64,000 nucleotides of DNA from Cellulomonas sp. (GCA_036398695.1 DASWOL010000204.1:345-64344), one strand, 5' to 3'. Shown: positions 1 to 10,941, counted from the first letter of the stretch. Notes: a model not told the origin generated them from the letters alone. Numbers and translations are program-made.

Positions 1-1
1 C

Positions 2-1081
2 CTCGCCTCGTTCCACCCGAACGTCTTCGCCTGCACCACGGCGACGGCGCTCCACGGCCACTTCCTCGCCACCGCGATCAGCATGCTCGAGTACGCGGAC
101 GGTGCGGCGGTCATGGAGATCTACGCCCCCTGTGGCACGGAGAACGGGATTCCCGAGGACCTGTCCAACCGCCGCTCGCGCCTGGCCGTGGAAAGCCGGG
201 TCAGCCCGCTGTTCGTGCACGACCCGCGCAAGGGCTCGACACTGCCCGAGAGGTTCAGCCTCGACGGCAACCCGGACGTCGACGCGCTGTGGACCACCTC
301 GACCCTCGAGTACATCGACGGGTCCGGGAACCTGCAGCTGCTGCAGACGCCCATCACCCCCGCCGAGTTCGCGCTCGGCGAGGTCCGGTTCGCCAAGCAG
401 TTCAAGAAGCTCAAGGACGACACCGGCGCGGTGCCGATCCACGAGTTCGTCGAGCTGTCCGACGAGCAGCGGGTGGGCAAGGTCCCGTTCGTCTACGCGA
501 CCGACGACGACAAGCACCTGATCAAGGTCGCGTGCTCGGCGGCGATCGTCACCCTCGTCGAGGACCGCAAGCACCACTGGCAGACGCTGCAGTTCTTCGC
601 GGGCTTCCCGACGGCACGGCTCACCGCCTCGCACAAGGCCGAGCTGGCCGAGCTGGCCGCGAAGTACGACGCCGCGTCCACCGCTCGGGAGACCTCGCTC
701 GACGAGATCGCCGCGGCGATGGCCGAGCTGGCCGCCTCGTCGTCGGCACCTGCCTCGATGCCGTCGTTCTCGTTCGGTGGCCCGGCCACCGGTGCGGGCA
801 CGGCCACCGCCCCCGCCGCCTCCGGCGCGGCGACGGCCACGGCGACGATGGACAGGCCGATCTGGCTCGACCCGGCCGACGAGTCCAAGTGCAACGACTG
901 CGGCACCTGCTACCAGGAGCTGCCGGCGCTGTTCGAGAAGGCGACCATCGTCGTCGACGGCGTCGCCAAGGTCGTCGGCCGCATGAAGCCCGGCGCGCTC
1001 GACGGCTTCGAGGTCACCCCCGAGGTCGCCAAGCGCATCGCCCGGGTGAAGGCCACCTGCGACGCGGAGATCATCCAGTGA
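2..1081 (+). CDS. Pyruvate:ferredoxin (2-oxoacid:acceptor) oxidoreductase, C-terminal part with fused ferredoxin domain (5' truncated by window)
   Basis: Frame open from base 2; PFOR beta-like motifs 'EIYAPC', 'LAVESRVSPLFVHDP', 'FSLDGNP', 'EFALGEVRF'; C-terminal CNDCGTC...C ferredoxin after an Ala/Thr linker. Confidence 0.8.
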   Translation, partial: LASFHPNVFACTTATALHGHFLATAISMLEYADGAAVMEIYAPCGTENGIPEDLSNRRSRLAVESRVSPLFVHDPRKGSTLPERFSLDGNPDVDALWTTSTLEYIDGSGNLQLLQTPITPAEFALGEVRFAKQFKKLKDDTGAVPIHEFVELSDEQRVGKVPFVYATDDDKHLIKVACSAAIVTLVEDRKHHWQTLQFFAGFPTARLTASHKAELAELAAKYDAASTARETSLDEIAAAMAELAASSSAPASMPSFSFGGPATGAGTATAPAASGAATATATMDRPIWLDPADESKCNDCGTCYQELPALFEKATIVVDGVAKVVGRMKPGALDGFEVTPEVAKRIARVKATCDAEIIQ

Positions 1082-1169
1082 GTCTCGAGGCCGCATCCGA
1101 AGTGCAGTGGATGGTGGGGGCCGCCGCCGGCGGCGCCCACCGGGAGCGGAACGCAGGGAAGGCCGAGAA

Positions 1170-4013
1170 ATGAGCACCGTCACCCCTCCTCGTCCCGACA
1201 CCGACCCGACGGGCCGGGACGACGTCCTGCGCTGGGTCGGGGCCCGCTCGGCGCTGGACGCCACCCGCGAGGAGGTGGAGCACCTCGACGCCACGCGCGG
1301 CGTGTCCACGTTCCGCAGCCAGCTCGACCTGCTCCAGCGGCGGCTGGTGGCCGACCCGCGCACGTTCCGTGACATGTTCATCTCGGACGGCATGCAGGCG
1401 GTCGCGTGGGAGTTCCGGCAGAGCGAGCTCAGCCACGACTTCGTGGTGCGGCTGTGGGACATGCTGCTGCGCGACGACGACGTGTCCACGGTGCTCATGC
1501 GGTTCATCTGGGACCTGCCGCTGGGCAAGAAGCGCGCCTTCATCCGCGCCATCGACACGCACCTGTCCGACCGGTACCCGATGTTCGCCGGCCTGTCCCA
1601 GGACTGGCCGGCGGGCAACACCATCCCGCCGTACATCCGTGAGCCCGAGGTGCGGGCCGAGGACTTCGGCCTGGTCAACAAGGGCTTCCTCGGCTACATG
1701 GACCTCGGCTACACGCGCCGGGACGTCGACCTGCTCATCTGGCTCGAGGCGCTGCGCGACAAGCAGTGCGCGGACGCGCCGTGCGAGCTGGGTGTGTTCC
1801 TCGAGGCCCACAAGCCGCCGAAGTACGGCTGCCCGGTGAAGATCCACATCCCCCGGATGATGGAGCTCATCGGCACGGGCCGCTTCCAGGAGGCTCTGGA
1901 GATGCTCCAGGCGAGCAACCCGCTGCCGGACGTCACCGGCCGCGTGTGCCCGCAGGAGCTCCAGTGCCAGGCAGCCTGCCTGCACAAGACCTCGATGTCG
2001 ATCGGCCAGCTCGAGTGGTTCCTGCCCGAGCGGGACAAGCTGGTCAACCCCGACGGCGACTCGGCGCGGTTCGCCGGCGTCACGAGCCCGTGGATCGCCG
2101 GGGCCAAGCCGCCGGTGGCGATCGTCGGGTCCGGCCCGTCCGGTCTGATCAACGCCTACCTGCTGGCGGCCGACGGGTTCCCGGTCACCGTGTTCGAGGC
2201 GTTCCACGAGCTGGGCGGCGTGCTGCGGTACGGCATCCCCGAGTTCCGTCTGCCGAACGACCTGATCGACGACGTGGTCCGCAAGATCCGGCTGCTCGGC
2301 GGTCGCTTCGTGACGAACTTCGTCGTCGGCAAGACGGCGACGCTGCAGGACCTGCGTGACGCCGGCTTCTGGAAGATCTTCGTCGGCACCGGCGCCGGCC
2401 TGCCGCAGTTCATGAACGTGCCGGGCGAGCACCTGCTCAACGTCATGTCGGCCAACGAGTTCCTCACGCGCGTCAACCTCATGCACGCGAACGTCGAGGA
2501 CCAGGAGACGCCGCTGCCGTTCGTGGCCGGCAAGAACGTCCTGGTCATCGGCGGCGGCAACACCGCGATGGACGCCGCGCGCACCTCGCGCCGGCTGGGC
2601 GGCAACGTGACGATCGTCTACCGCCGCACCCGTGCCGAGATGCCGGCCCGTGTCGAGGAGCTCGAGCACGCGCTCGAGGAGGGGATCGGGCTGCTGCCGC
2701 TGCGGTCTCCCTCGGAGTTCCTCGGCGACGGCGTGACGGGGTTCGTCAAGGCGACGACGCTCGACGTCATGGAGCTCGGCGAGGCGGACGCCTCGGGACG
2801 GCGGCGCCCCGTGGCCACCGGCACGACCGAGCAGATCGAGGCCGACCTGGTGATCATGGCGCTCGGCAACTCGTCGAACCCGATCATCAAGGACTCGGAG
2901 CCGCGGCTCGAGGTCTCGAAGTGGGGCACACTCAACCTGGCGCGCCAGGGCTCGCAGGAGACGACGCTCGAGGGCGTGTACTCCGGCGGCGACGCCACCC
3001 GCGGCGGCTCGACGGCGGTCAACGCGGCCGGCGACGGCCAGAGCGCGGCGCGCGAGATCCTGGGCGACGTCGACCTGCCGATCGACGAGGTCAAGCGGAT
3101 GGTCAAGTCCGCCCGTCGCTACACGGAGATGGCGGCGTCGGACTCGGTGATCCTCGCCAAGCGCAACCTGTCGCCGGGCATCGAGGAGCTGATCGTCCGG
3201 GCGCCGGCGGTCGCGAAGGCCGCACGGGCCGGGCAGTTCGTGCGGGTCTACCCGCGCAAGGGCGGCGAGCTCATCCCGCTGACGCTGGCCGACTGGGACG
3301 CCGAGGCGGGCACGATCTGCCTCGTGGTGCAGGCGATGGGCGTCAGCTCGATCGAGATCAACGCGATGAAGCCGGGCGACGTGCTGGCCGGCATCGCCGG
3401 TCCGCTCGGGCGGCCGTCGGAGCTGCATCGGTACGCGGACGACCAGACGGTCGTGTTTACCGCCGGTGGCCTCGGCCTGCCGCCGGTGCACCCGATCATG
3501 CGTGAGCACCTGCGCCTCGGGAACCACGTGACGCTCATCGCCGGGTTCCGGTCCAAGGACCTGATGTTCTGGGTCGGCGAGGGCGAGCGGGTGGCCAACC
3601 TGAAGGCCGAGTTCGGCGACCAGCTCGAGATCGTCTACGCGACGAACGACGGCTCCTACGGCGTGCACGGGTTCGTCACGCTGCCGCTGGAGGAGATGCT
3701 CAAGGAAGGCCGGAACATCGCCGAGGTGATCACCATCGGCCCGCCGCTGATGATGCGCTCGGTGTCCGACCTGACCAAGCCCTACGGCGTGCACACGGTC
3801 GCCAGCCTCAACTCGATCATGGTCGACGCGACCGGCATGTGCGGCGCCTGCATGGTGCCCGTGATCATCGACGACAAGCTGGTGCGCAAGCACGCCTGCA
3901 TCGACGGGCCGGAGATCGACTCGCACATGATCGACTGGGACAAGTTCCTGCCACGGTTCGGCCTGTTCAAGGCCCAGGAACAGGCCGCCCGGGTGCGGCA
4001 CGGCCTGGCGTAA
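1170..4013 (+). CDS. Fused NfnB/SudA(GltD-like)-NfnA/SudB flavin-FeS oxidoreductase with ~180-aa N-terminal extension
   Basis: GRVCPQELQCQAAC, GSGPSG FAD site, YGIPEFRLP, GGGNTAMD/YRR NADP site; C-terminal half AGQFV, ELIPLT, GPLG, GGLG, MVDATGMCGAC...CIDGPE (PyrK/NfnA type). Confidence 0.85.
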   Translation: MSTVTPPRPDTDPTGRDDVLRWVGARSALDATREEVEHLDATRGVSTFRSQLDLLQRRLVADPRTFRDMFISDGMQAVAWEFRQSELSHDFVVRLWDMLLRDDDVSTVLMRFIWDLPLGKKRAFIRAIDTHLSDRYPMFAGLSQDWPAGNTIPPYIREPEVRAEDFGLVNKGFLGYMDLGYTRRDVDLLIWLEALRDKQCADAPCELGVFLEAHKPPKYGCPVKIHIPRMMELIGTGRFQEALEMLQASNPLPDVTGRVCPQELQCQAACLHKTSMSIGQLEWFLPERDKLVNPDGDSARFAGVTSPWIAGAKPPVAIVGSGPSGLINAYLLAADGFPVTVFEAFHELGGVLRYGIPEFRLPNDLIDDVVRKIRLLGGRFVTNFVVGKTATLQDLRDAGFWKIFVGTGAGLPQFMNVPGEHLLNVMSANEFLTRVNLMHANVEDQETPLPFVAGKNVLVIGGGNTAMDAARTSRRLGGNVTIVYRRTRAEMPARVEELEHALEEGIGLLPLRSPSEFLGDGVTGFVKATTLDVMELGEADASGRRRPVATGTTEQIEADLVIMALGNSSNPIIKDSEPRLEVSKWGTLNLARQGSQETTLEGVYSGGDATRGGSTAVNAAGDGQSAAREILGDVDLPIDEVKRMVKSARRYTEMAASDSVILAKRNLSPGIEELIVRAPAVAKAARAGQFVRVYPRKGGELIPLTLADWDAEAGTICLVVQAMGVSSIEINAMKPGDVLAGIAGPLGRPSELHRYADDQTVVFTAGGLGLPPVHPIMREHLRLGNHVTLIAGFRSKDLMFWVGEGERVANLKAEFGDQLEIVYATNDGSYGVHGFVTLPLEEMLKEGRNIAEVITIGPPLMMRSVSDLTKPYGVHTVASLNSIMVDATGMCGACMVPVIIDDKLVRKHACIDGPEIDSHMIDWDKFLPRFGLFKAQEQAARVRHGLA

Positions 4014-4029
4014 GGCTGCGTCCGCACGA

Positions 4030-4071
4030 ACATCGGCGCCGGCGGGTCACGGTCCCCGCCGGCGCCGATGT
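4030..4071. terminator. GC-rich inverted repeat between convergent genes (likely bidirectional terminator)
   Basis: ACATCGGCGCCGGCGGG / CCCGCCGGCGCCGATGT perfect 17-bp stem. Confidence 0.7.
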
Positions 4072-4103
4072 GCGTTCAGCCCCGCTGTCCGCCGTTCTGC
4101 GGG

Positions 4104-5303
4104 TCAGGACGTCGCGGGGGCCAGGCTCGGGGCGGTCGCGACGGGAGTCATGGCCGGGGCCGGGCGCTCGTCGGGCCGTGGGTCGTCGGCGGTTGCCGGT
4201 GTCAGCGCACCGAGCTCCTCGGCGATCACCACCGCCTCGTCGCCCGCGTCGATCGTCAGGTCGGCCGCCGGGTTGGTGATCGTCGTCGTGCCGCGGACCA
4301 CCGACACGAGCGTGGCCCGGTGTTCGGCGCGCAGCCGGGCGGAGCACTCGTCGACCGTCAGACCGGCGTACTCGTCGGGCAGCACCACGCTGTAGAGCTC
4401 GGAGCCCTCGCCGCCCGAGACGATGTCCGCGACCACGCCGGTCAGCCCCGGGTACAGCGCCGAGCGGGCGAGCAGCCGCGAGGCCAGACGCGGCGTGACG
4501 AGCACCTCGTCGGCCCCCGCCCTCCGGAAGTGGTCGACGTGCGCGGCGTTGTTCACCTCGGCGACCGTGTGCACCTGCGGCGCGAGCGACTCGATGGTCA
4601 GCACGGCGAGGATCGAGCGCATGTCCGCCTCGTTGCTGCCGTCGGCGGGGAACACGATGGCCGAGGCCGCCTCCGCGATCCCGGCGCGTCCCAGGTCGTC
4701 GGCGCTGGTGTAGTCGCCGCGCACGTAGTAGACGCCGGCGCCGGCGGGGCTTCGCTCGGCGTCGTGGACCAGCACCACCTTCGTGGTGAACTCGTCGCCC
4801 TTGAGCTCGGCGAGCAGCTCGCGTGAGGTGGCGTTCCAGCCGCAGATGACGATGTGTTCGCGGTAGCCGGCGGCGTTCATGCCCTGGCCCTCCTTGAGCA
4901 GGAAGTCGATGACGATCCCCACGGTGGCGGCGGTGAGCGAGGCGACGATGGCGACGCCGAAGAACGCGAGCAGCCAGCCGATGACGTAGCCGCCGGGGGA
5001 GTGGACGTAGGAGGCGTCGCCGGAGCCGATCACCGTGGTGATCGCCCAGTAGACCGAGCCGCCCAGCCCTTGGAACGAGCGCTTGTCGGGCTCCGCCACC
5101 GTGACGAGGAACGCGGCGACGGCGACGAAGCCGAGGGCGGCCAGGCCGAGGGCCTTGAAGAAGTGGCGGTCGATTCCGCCGCCGGCGGTCTTGAGGTAGA
5201 AGCCGATGCGGCGCACGAACGGGCTGGCGGCCAGCGGCCGCAGCGGCGCGCCGAGGAAGCGCCTCAGGGCGCCGGTCGCGGCCGAACGACGCCGCACGGC
5301 CAT
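4104..5303 (-). CDS. 2TM ion channel with TrkA-N/TrkA-C (RCK) domains
   Basis: Two TM helices around 'YWAITTVIGSGD', 'EHIVICGWN' RCK motif, 'GADEVL'. Confidence 0.85.
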   Translation of the reverse strand: MAVRRRSAATGALRRFLGAPLRPLAASPFVRRIGFYLKTAGGGIDRHFFKALGLAALGFVAVAAFLVTVAEPDKRSFQGLGGSVYWAITTVIGSGDASYVHSPGGYVIGWLLAFFGVAIVASLTAATVGIVIDFLLKEGQGMNAAGYREHIVICGWNATSRELLAELKGDEFTTKVVLVHDAERSPAGAGVYYVRGDYTSADDLGRAGIAEAASAIVFPADGSNEADMRSILAVLTIESLAPQVHTVAEVNNAAHVDHFRRAGADEVLVTPRLASRLLARSALYPGLTGVVADIVSGGEGSELYSVVLPDEYAGLTVDECSARLRAEHRATLVSVVRGTTTITNPAADLTIDAGDEAVVIAEELGALTPATADDPRPDERPAPAMTPVATAPSLAPATS

Positions 5304-5460
5304 GACGACCTCCCGGTCCGCGCGAGAAGTCCTCGCGGTCTCTGAAGAGAGGATCGAGGACGAAGGTCCCAGATACAACGGGTCGCCCGGATCAACGGCA
5401 CGACGCGGCCGCGACCGGGCCCCGCGGGTCGCACACGCCCTGGGGCACGCCCGTGCAGCG

Positions 5461-5805
5461 TTACGACCGGGCCGCGGCCAACGCCACCGCGTGCGGGTCG
5501 CCGCTGGCGTCCACCACCGTTCGGATCCCCATCGTCCCGAGCATCCGCGCCATGGGCGGGCCCATGTGGCCGGTGGCGACCACCTGCACGCCGTTCTCGC
5601 GGAGGAACGTCACGACGCGCGCGTGGTGCGAGCCCTCCGTGCCCTCGTCGTGGGCGAGGTCCCAGCGCACGTCGTGCTCGGCCCAGCCGGTCACGGCGCC
5701 GTCCTCGACCGTGGCGACCGCGATGCGTTGCGCCCGTCCCCACCCCCCGCCGACCTCTGCCTGCTGCGCGGGACCGACCAGGGACAACGCGACGACGGTG
5801 CTCAC
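5461..5805 (-). CDS. NifB/NifX-family (dinitrogenase FeMo-cofactor domain) small protein
   Basis: GTG start; 'VGGGWGRAQRIAV...FLRENGVQVVATGHMGPPMARMLGTMGIRTV' fits the family pattern. Confidence 0.75.
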   Translation of the reverse strand: MSTVVALSLVGPAQQAEVGGGWGRAQRIAVATVEDGAVTGWAEHDVRWDLAHDEGTEGSHHARVVTFLRENGVQVVATGHMGPPMARMLGTMGIRTVVDASGDPHAVALAAARS

Positions 5806-5872
5806 GTCCCCATCATGCCCGCCGCGTGCGCCGCGCCGATCCACCGCGGTCGTCTCGTGAGCTCGGCTCGCC

Positions 5873-5963
5873 CGGCTTGCGCTCGTCCCGCGCCCTCGGC
5901 TCGCCCTCGTCGCGCGCTCGGCTTGCCGCTCGTCCCGCGCGCTCGGCTCGGCCTCGTCGCGCG
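5873..5963. repeat. Two ~45-bp tandem copies of a pyrimidine/GC-rich unit
   Basis: CGGCTTG(C)CGCTCGTCCCGCGCSCTCGGCTCGSCCTCGTCGCGCG present twice. Confidence 0.6.
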
Positions 5964-6029
5964 AGGTGTGCAGGTCGAACCGAGCCGCGCACATTCCACT
6001 GCACACGTGACGTCCACGTGCGCATCTCG
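5962..6029. repeat. REP-like palindromic element, left copy
   Basis: CGAGGTGTGCA...TGCGCATCTCG inverted ends; 5998-6029 matches 7156-7187 at 26/32. Confidence 0.65.
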
Positions 6030-6047
6030 TCCGGCCGCCCCCGGTCC

Positions 6048-6989
6048 TCAGGCGTGCCACCGGCTGCTGAGCTGTGGCCTGCGTTCCATGGGAACGTCCC
6101 GCGGGAGGATGCGCCGCAGCCGTCCGACGAGCAGAGCAGGCGTGCGCAGGTCCTCGCGAGTGACGCGAACCACCCGCCAGCCGGCCTCGACGATGGCGTC
6201 GTGCCGTCGCTTCTCCCGGATCAGTGCCTCTGGACCGGTGTACTTCGGCCGGCCGTCGTATTCGACGAGGGCACGCCACTGCTCCCACCCGAGGTCGGCC
6301 CAGAACGTTCCGGCCCGGGTCTCGACCCGGACCTGAGTCTGCGGCCGCGGCAGGCCGGCTCTGAGCAGGACGAACCGCACCGCCGTCTCCTGAGCGGACT
6401 CCGCGCCCGCGTCCGCGAGGTCGAGAACCGCGCGTGCGCGCGCCATCCCCCGACCGCCCGGGTTGGCGCCGATCATGCGCAGGATCTCGCCGGGCAGCAC
6501 CCCGGCACGCAGACCCGCGTCGACGACGACGAGACCGGCCAGCGGCCGCATGGTCGAAGCACAGTCCAGGACCGTCCGCTCGAGGGAGGTCACCGGCAGC
6601 CCGGCCACGCGAACCGCATCGGCGGGCGCCGTCGATCCCAGGTGCCGGCTGAGAGTGGCATCTCGCCCCGCACCGGGACGGTGCGCCTGGTAGACGTGCA
6701 CGGCGTCGGGATCCGACCACAGCGGCAGCCCCCACAGCAGTGCCGCCGAGTCGTGGCTGAACACGTGCGGTGCGCGCAGTCGCCGATGCACGCCGACGAT
6801 CCGGGCCAGCTGGACCCGTCGGCGGTCCGCGACCGCGGCCGACGAGAGGTAGGCGCCCCGCCCGACGCGGTGCCACTGACCGCGCCGGACCCGTGCGGCG
6901 ACCTCCTGGCGGGTGTGGTCACCGGCGAGCGCGACCTTCGGCAGCGTGGTGAGCGGAGCGGGCACGGGCGATCCGGGACGCAGGGCCAT
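6048..6989 (-). CDS. AbiEi-like/DUF559 (Vsr-like PD-(D/E)XK nuclease) protein
   Basis: 'RVGRGAY', 'SHDSAALLWGLP', 'GLPVTSLERTVLD', 'AESAQET', 'ADLGW...VEYDG..K', 'EKRRHDAIVEAGWRVVRVT'. Confidence 0.85.
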   Translation of the reverse strand: MALRPGSPVPAPLTTLPKVALAGDHTRQEVAARVRRGQWHRVGRGAYLSSAAVADRRRVQLARIVGVHRRLRAPHVFSHDSAALLWGLPLWSDPDAVHVYQAHRPGAGRDATLSRHLGSTAPADAVRVAGLPVTSLERTVLDCASTMRPLAGLVVVDAGLRAGVLPGEILRMIGANPGGRGMARARAVLDLADAGAESAQETAVRFVLLRAGLPRPQTQVRVETRAGTFWADLGWEQWRALVEYDGRPKYTGPEALIREKRRHDAIVEAGWRVVRVTREDLRTPALLVGRLRRILPRDVPMERRPQLSSRWHA

Positions 6990-7138
6990 GCCGCCACCGT
7001 CCCGTCGCTGCGCCGACGCGGAGCGACCGCGCCCGGCCTGCTGTGATCGCAGGCCCGTGCCGGCGGGCGGTGGACGGCTCGGCGACCGGAGCTCGCGGAG
7101 TCCGGCGACCCGGGCTCGCTGAGTCGTGCACTTCGACG

Positions 7139-7187
7139 CGAGATGGGCAGATGCGACTGCACATCTGACGGCGCAGTGCGCATCTCG
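7139..7187. repeat. REP-like palindromic element, right copy
   Basis: CGAGATGGGCA...TGCGCATCTCG inverted ends; direct-repeat partner of 5998-6029. Confidence 0.65.
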
Positions 7188-7216
7188 GCGCGGGGCGCAC
7201 CCGCTAGCGTGCCCCC

Positions 7217-7837
7217 ATGGTCTGGTGGCAGGTGATCGGGTGGGTCGGGTCCGCGCTCGTCGTGTTCTCGCTGACGCAGGCGCGCGTGCTGCGGTTCCGG
7301 TGGCTCAACCTCGCGGGCGCCGTCCTGGCGACGGCCTACAACGCGGTGTTCGCCATCTGGCCGTTCGTCGTGATGAACGGTGCCATCGCGGTGATCGACG
7401 TCTACTGGCTGGTGCGGCTGGTGGGCGAGCGGCACGACGAGGCCGTCTACGAGGTGGTCGAGCTCGCGCGCGACGACGCCTACCTGGAGCACATCCTCAA
7501 GGTGCACGCCGTCGACGTCGCGCTGCACTTCGCTCCCATCCCGGCGCCGGCGGACGCGAAGCGGCTGGCGTTCCTCGTCGCGCGCCGCGACGAGACCGTG
7601 GGTGCCGTGATCGTCGCCGACGTCGGCGACGGCGTGGGACAGGTGGAGCTGGACTGGGTGACACCGCGCTTCCGCGACTTCACGCCGGGCGAGTTCGTCT
7701 ACCGCAGGAGCGGGGTGTTCGCCGCGCACGGATTCCACCGTCTGGTGACGCACGACGTGCGGGGTCAGGAGGAGTACCTCGCCCGCGTCGGGTTCACGCG
7801 GGAAGGCGACCACCTGGTGCGCGAGGTCGCGGCCTGA
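7217..7837 (+). CDS. YgjV-like membrane domain fused to a GNAT-like C-terminal domain (hypothetical)
   Basis: Three N-terminal hydrophobic helices; 'LDWVTPRFRD...YLARVGF' resembles GNAT motifs. Confidence 0.65.
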   Translation: MVWWQVIGWVGSALVVFSLTQARVLRFRWLNLAGAVLATAYNAVFAIWPFVVMNGAIAVIDVYWLVRLVGERHDEAVYEVVELARDDAYLEHILKVHAVDVALHFAPIPAPADAKRLAFLVARRDETVGAVIVADVGDGVGQVELDWVTPRFRDFTPGEFVYRRSGVFAAHGFHRLVTHDVRGQEEYLARVGFTREGDHLVREVAA

Positions 7838-7892
7838 CGGGACCGCGTCGGACGAGCCGGCGCGAGGCCGGAGGGTGCGACCACCCGCGCCC

Positions 7893-8122
7893 GAGGTCGT
7901 GGCCCGAGGCGCTGCACGGCAGCCGGCCCGTGAGGTCGTGGCCTGAGGCGCTGGACGGCAGCTGGCGCGTGAGGTCGTGGCCCGAGGCGCTGCACGGCAG
8001 CCGGCGCGTGAGGTAGCGGCACGAGACGCTGGACGGCAGATGGCGCGTGAGGTTGCGGCACGAGGCGCTGGACGGCAGCTGGCGCGAGATCGTGGCCCGA
8101 GGCGCTGCACGGCACTCCGGGC
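7893..8122. repeat. Tandem array, 6 x ~39 bp
   Basis: Unit GAGGTCGTGGCCCGAGGCGCTGCACGGCAGCCGGCGCGT starting at 7893, 7932, 7971, 8010, 8049, 8086. Confidence 0.9.
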
Positions 8123-8169
8123 GAGATCGTCGCGGCGACGTCGCGCCGCCCGGCGGCTACCGTCGCACC

Positions 8170-8757
8170 GTGGCCGTGACGAGCGCGGGTCTGGTGCTCT
8201 ACCGCCGTCCGGCGGCGCGCGACGAGGGGTCCGGAAGCCTGGGGCTGCCGAATGACCGCGGGGCGCTGCCCGACGAATCGCCCACGGGCCATCCCGCGCC
8301 GCGGCGCCTCCTGTCGGTGCCGGTCGGCTCGCGCGCCGCCGGCGTCGAGGTGCTGTGCGCGCACATGGGCGGCCCGCTGTGGGCACGCAAGGACGAGCGC
8401 GCCTGGTCGTTCCCCAAGGGGCTGGTCGAGGACGGAGAGGACGAGATCGCCGCCGCGCGCCGGGAGTTCGTCGAGGAGCTCGGCGTGCCGGCGCCCGACG
8501 AGCCCTCCCGGCGGCTCGGCGCGTACCGCTACTCCTCGGGCAAGGTGGTCGTGCTCTTCGCCGTCGAGGCGGACCTGGCGGTCGAGCAGATCGTGCCCGG
8601 CACGTTCGAGATGCAGTGGCCGCCACGCTCGGGCCATCGCCAGGCGTTCCCCGAGGTGGATCGCGCCGCGTGGTTCGACCTGCCGACCGCCCGCGCCAAG
8701 CTCGTCGCCGGTCAGGCCCCCGCGCTGGACGACCTGGAGCGGTTGCTCGGGGGCTGA
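8170..8757 (+). CDS. NUDIX hydrolase
   Basis: 'SAGLVLYR', 'HMGGPLW', 'WSFPKG...E...AAARREFVEELG' Nudix box, 'FPEVDRAAWF'. Confidence 0.9.
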   Translation: MAVTSAGLVLYRRPAARDEGSGSLGLPNDRGALPDESPTGHPAPRRLLSVPVGSRAAGVEVLCAHMGGPLWARKDERAWSFPKGLVEDGEDEIAAARREFVEELGVPAPDEPSRRLGAYRYSSGKVVVLFAVEADLAVEQIVPGTFEMQWPPRSGHRQAFPEVDRAAWFDLPTARAKLVAGQAPALDDLERLLGG

Positions 8758-8954
8758 CCTGTTTCACGTCGCGATCCGCGCGGGCCGATCGCCACGAGGT
8801 GAGCGAGCCGGTGCGTGCGGACTGGGCTGGGTGCCGCGCCCTCGCAACGCCTGGCACCTGAGGTGGGCGCTGCCGTTGGCCTGCGTGCCGGCGGCGGGCC
8901 GGGCGGTCCCGCGGTCGGCCGGGCGGAACCGGGAACACACCGGCCGCACCGCGA

Positions 8955-8975
8955 GTTGAGCCTGTCGGACTCAAG
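8955..8975. promoter_or_regulatory. HAIR (HspR operator) 1
   Basis: GTTGAGC-N7-ACTCAAG vs consensus CTTGAGT-N7-ACTCAAG, upstream of the dnaK operon. Confidence 0.9.
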
Positions 8976-9017
8976 TTCCGCGATCGTGACTTGCATGAGC
9001 GAAGTGGCCGACGCAGA

Positions 9018-9038
9018 CTTGAGCCGGTCGGACTCAAC
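9018..9038. promoter_or_regulatory. HAIR (HspR operator) 2
   Basis: CTTGAGC-N7-ACTCAAC. Confidence 0.9.
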
Positions 9039-9073
9039 ACCCGGCACTCCCGGAGCAAGGAAGGCACACAGAC

Positions 9074-10941
<1,868 letters not shown>

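Noticed and set aside
7893-8122. CRISPR array or repeat protein
   Set aside because: Contiguous tandem units without spacers; in-frame stop and no credible start
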